DNA of 7,329 nucleotides from a virus (lineage: Duplodnaviria > Heunggongvirae > Uroviricota > Caudoviricetes): IMG/VR virus record IMGVR_UViG_2681813205_000003; one strand, written 5' to 3'. Under the pieces are notes generated by a model, which saw nothing but the letters and a program-made list of their open reading frames with translations, did no database searches and had not been told where the DNA came from. Below are positions 6,928 to 7,329 of the stretch, piece by piece. Positions within the stretch are counted from its first letter, which is position 1. Every line of letters starts with the position of its first letter. The position numbers and the translations under genes were made by a program.

Positions 6928-7207
6928 GACTCTCCAGCTCCTGTATCAGTCAGATAATTTCACGACGCCTTCCAGCTTATTGCCATCATCGGCGGTCAAG
7001 CTCTTACGCCATCCCATCGCGCTGACTGCATGTTCCCGCCGCCCCAGTGCGATTTTGACGGCCTTACCTTTCATCCCATCAAATCAGAACCCCTTACGTC
7101 TTTTTCACGCTCAGCGTGAGCGATACAGCCATTCTGTTGTGTCGCTGCGACATCGTTCAGGGAGTGCTATTTACCCCCTGAAACGCGGGCTGTTCCCCCG
7201 TCACCTG

Positions 7208-7231
7208 CGCGCAGAAAAAGCGCGTTTTTTT
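7208..7231 (+). terminator. Weak candidate plus-strand intrinsic terminator (5-bp GC stem, 7-nt loop, T7 run)
   Basis: cgcgc (7208-7212) / gcgcg (7220-7224) with loop agaaaaa, followed by ttttttt (7225-7231). The stem is short, and no plus-strand gene is evident upstream, so function is uncertain. Confidence 0.3.
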
Positions 7232-7239
7232 GTGCACGC

Positions 7240-7258
7240 ACGGATCCTTGACGGATCC
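7240..7258. repeat. Tandem direct repeat ACGGATCC x2 at 11-bp spacing, each containing the GGATCC palindrome
   Basis: acggatcc at 7240-7247 and 7251-7258, separated by ttg. The one-helical-turn phasing suggests a paired protein-binding site. Confidence 0.45.
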
Positions 7259-7301
7259 AGCCGCAACGCGGGCCGGAAGGGCAAAAAGTCGTTCAAAAAA
7301 A

Positions 7302-7328
7302 TTGTGCAAATTTGTGCACTATTGTGCA
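7302..7328. repeat. Three phased direct repeats TTGTGCA at 10-bp spacing (iteron/operator-like); array may continue beyond the window
   Basis: ttgtgca at 7302-7308, 7312-7318 and 7322-7328. A fourth TGTGCA lies at 7231-7236, immediately after the T-run. The window ends inside the array. Confidence 0.5.
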
Positions 7329-7329
7329 T

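Noticed and set aside
6795-7025. 76-aa plus-strand ORF
   Set aside because: Starts inside the cargo gene's start region on the opposite strand, reads straight through the 23-bp palindrome, has no ribosome-binding site, and gives an S/R/C-rich low-complexity translation.
7030-7119. 29-codon plus-strand ORF starting at ATG 7030
   Set aside because: Too short, no ribosome-binding site, proline-rich start; likely chance.
7302-7328. CRISPR array
   Set aside because: Repeat unit is only 7 bp with 3-bp spacers; this is phased binding-site-like repetition, not a CRISPR repeat-spacer architecture.
6264-7329. P2/186-type cos site (19-nt G-rich cohesive end of the GGCG-GGCGGGGAAAGCA type)
   Set aside because: Scanned both strands by eye. 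Only weak partial resemblances (around 6900-6910 and 7031-7046) that do not extend beyond a CGGGG core. Cannot be called without an alignment.
6842-7329. tRNA gene, a common prophage integration target
   Set aside because: No T-loop-like GTTCRANYC motif with appropriate flanking stems found, and the region is adjacent to the portal gene rather than an integrase end.

Overview
This window reads as the packaging and head-morphogenesis module of a P2-like (Peduovirus-type) prophage. On the minus strand lie L (partial, runs off the left edge), M, N and O; a 154-bp divergent control region follows; on the plus strand lie P (terminase ATPase subunit) and Q (portal), overlapping in an ATGA junction. 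Family assignments come from my recognition of the translated proteins and the conserved P2 gene order, not from any search. Immediately past Q there is a convergent, AT-richer 174-aa ORF (6278..6802, minus) that I cannot assign to any family; it shares a bidirectional terminator with Q. Beyond it, about 0.5 kb of ORF-poor DNA runs to the right edge and is dense with structure: a 10-bp-arm palindrome, shorter palindromes, a hairpin with a T-run, and helically phased direct repeats. This Q-proximal position corresponds to the variable old/tin region of P2, which I recall as a hotspot for anti-phage cargo in P2-like prophages. The unassigned ORF and its flanking structured DNA are therefore the best candidate for an undescribed function, but the window ends before the full locus is visible. 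I could not identify a cos site, a canonical Ogr-type late-promoter dyad, or any tRNA or CRISPR array.
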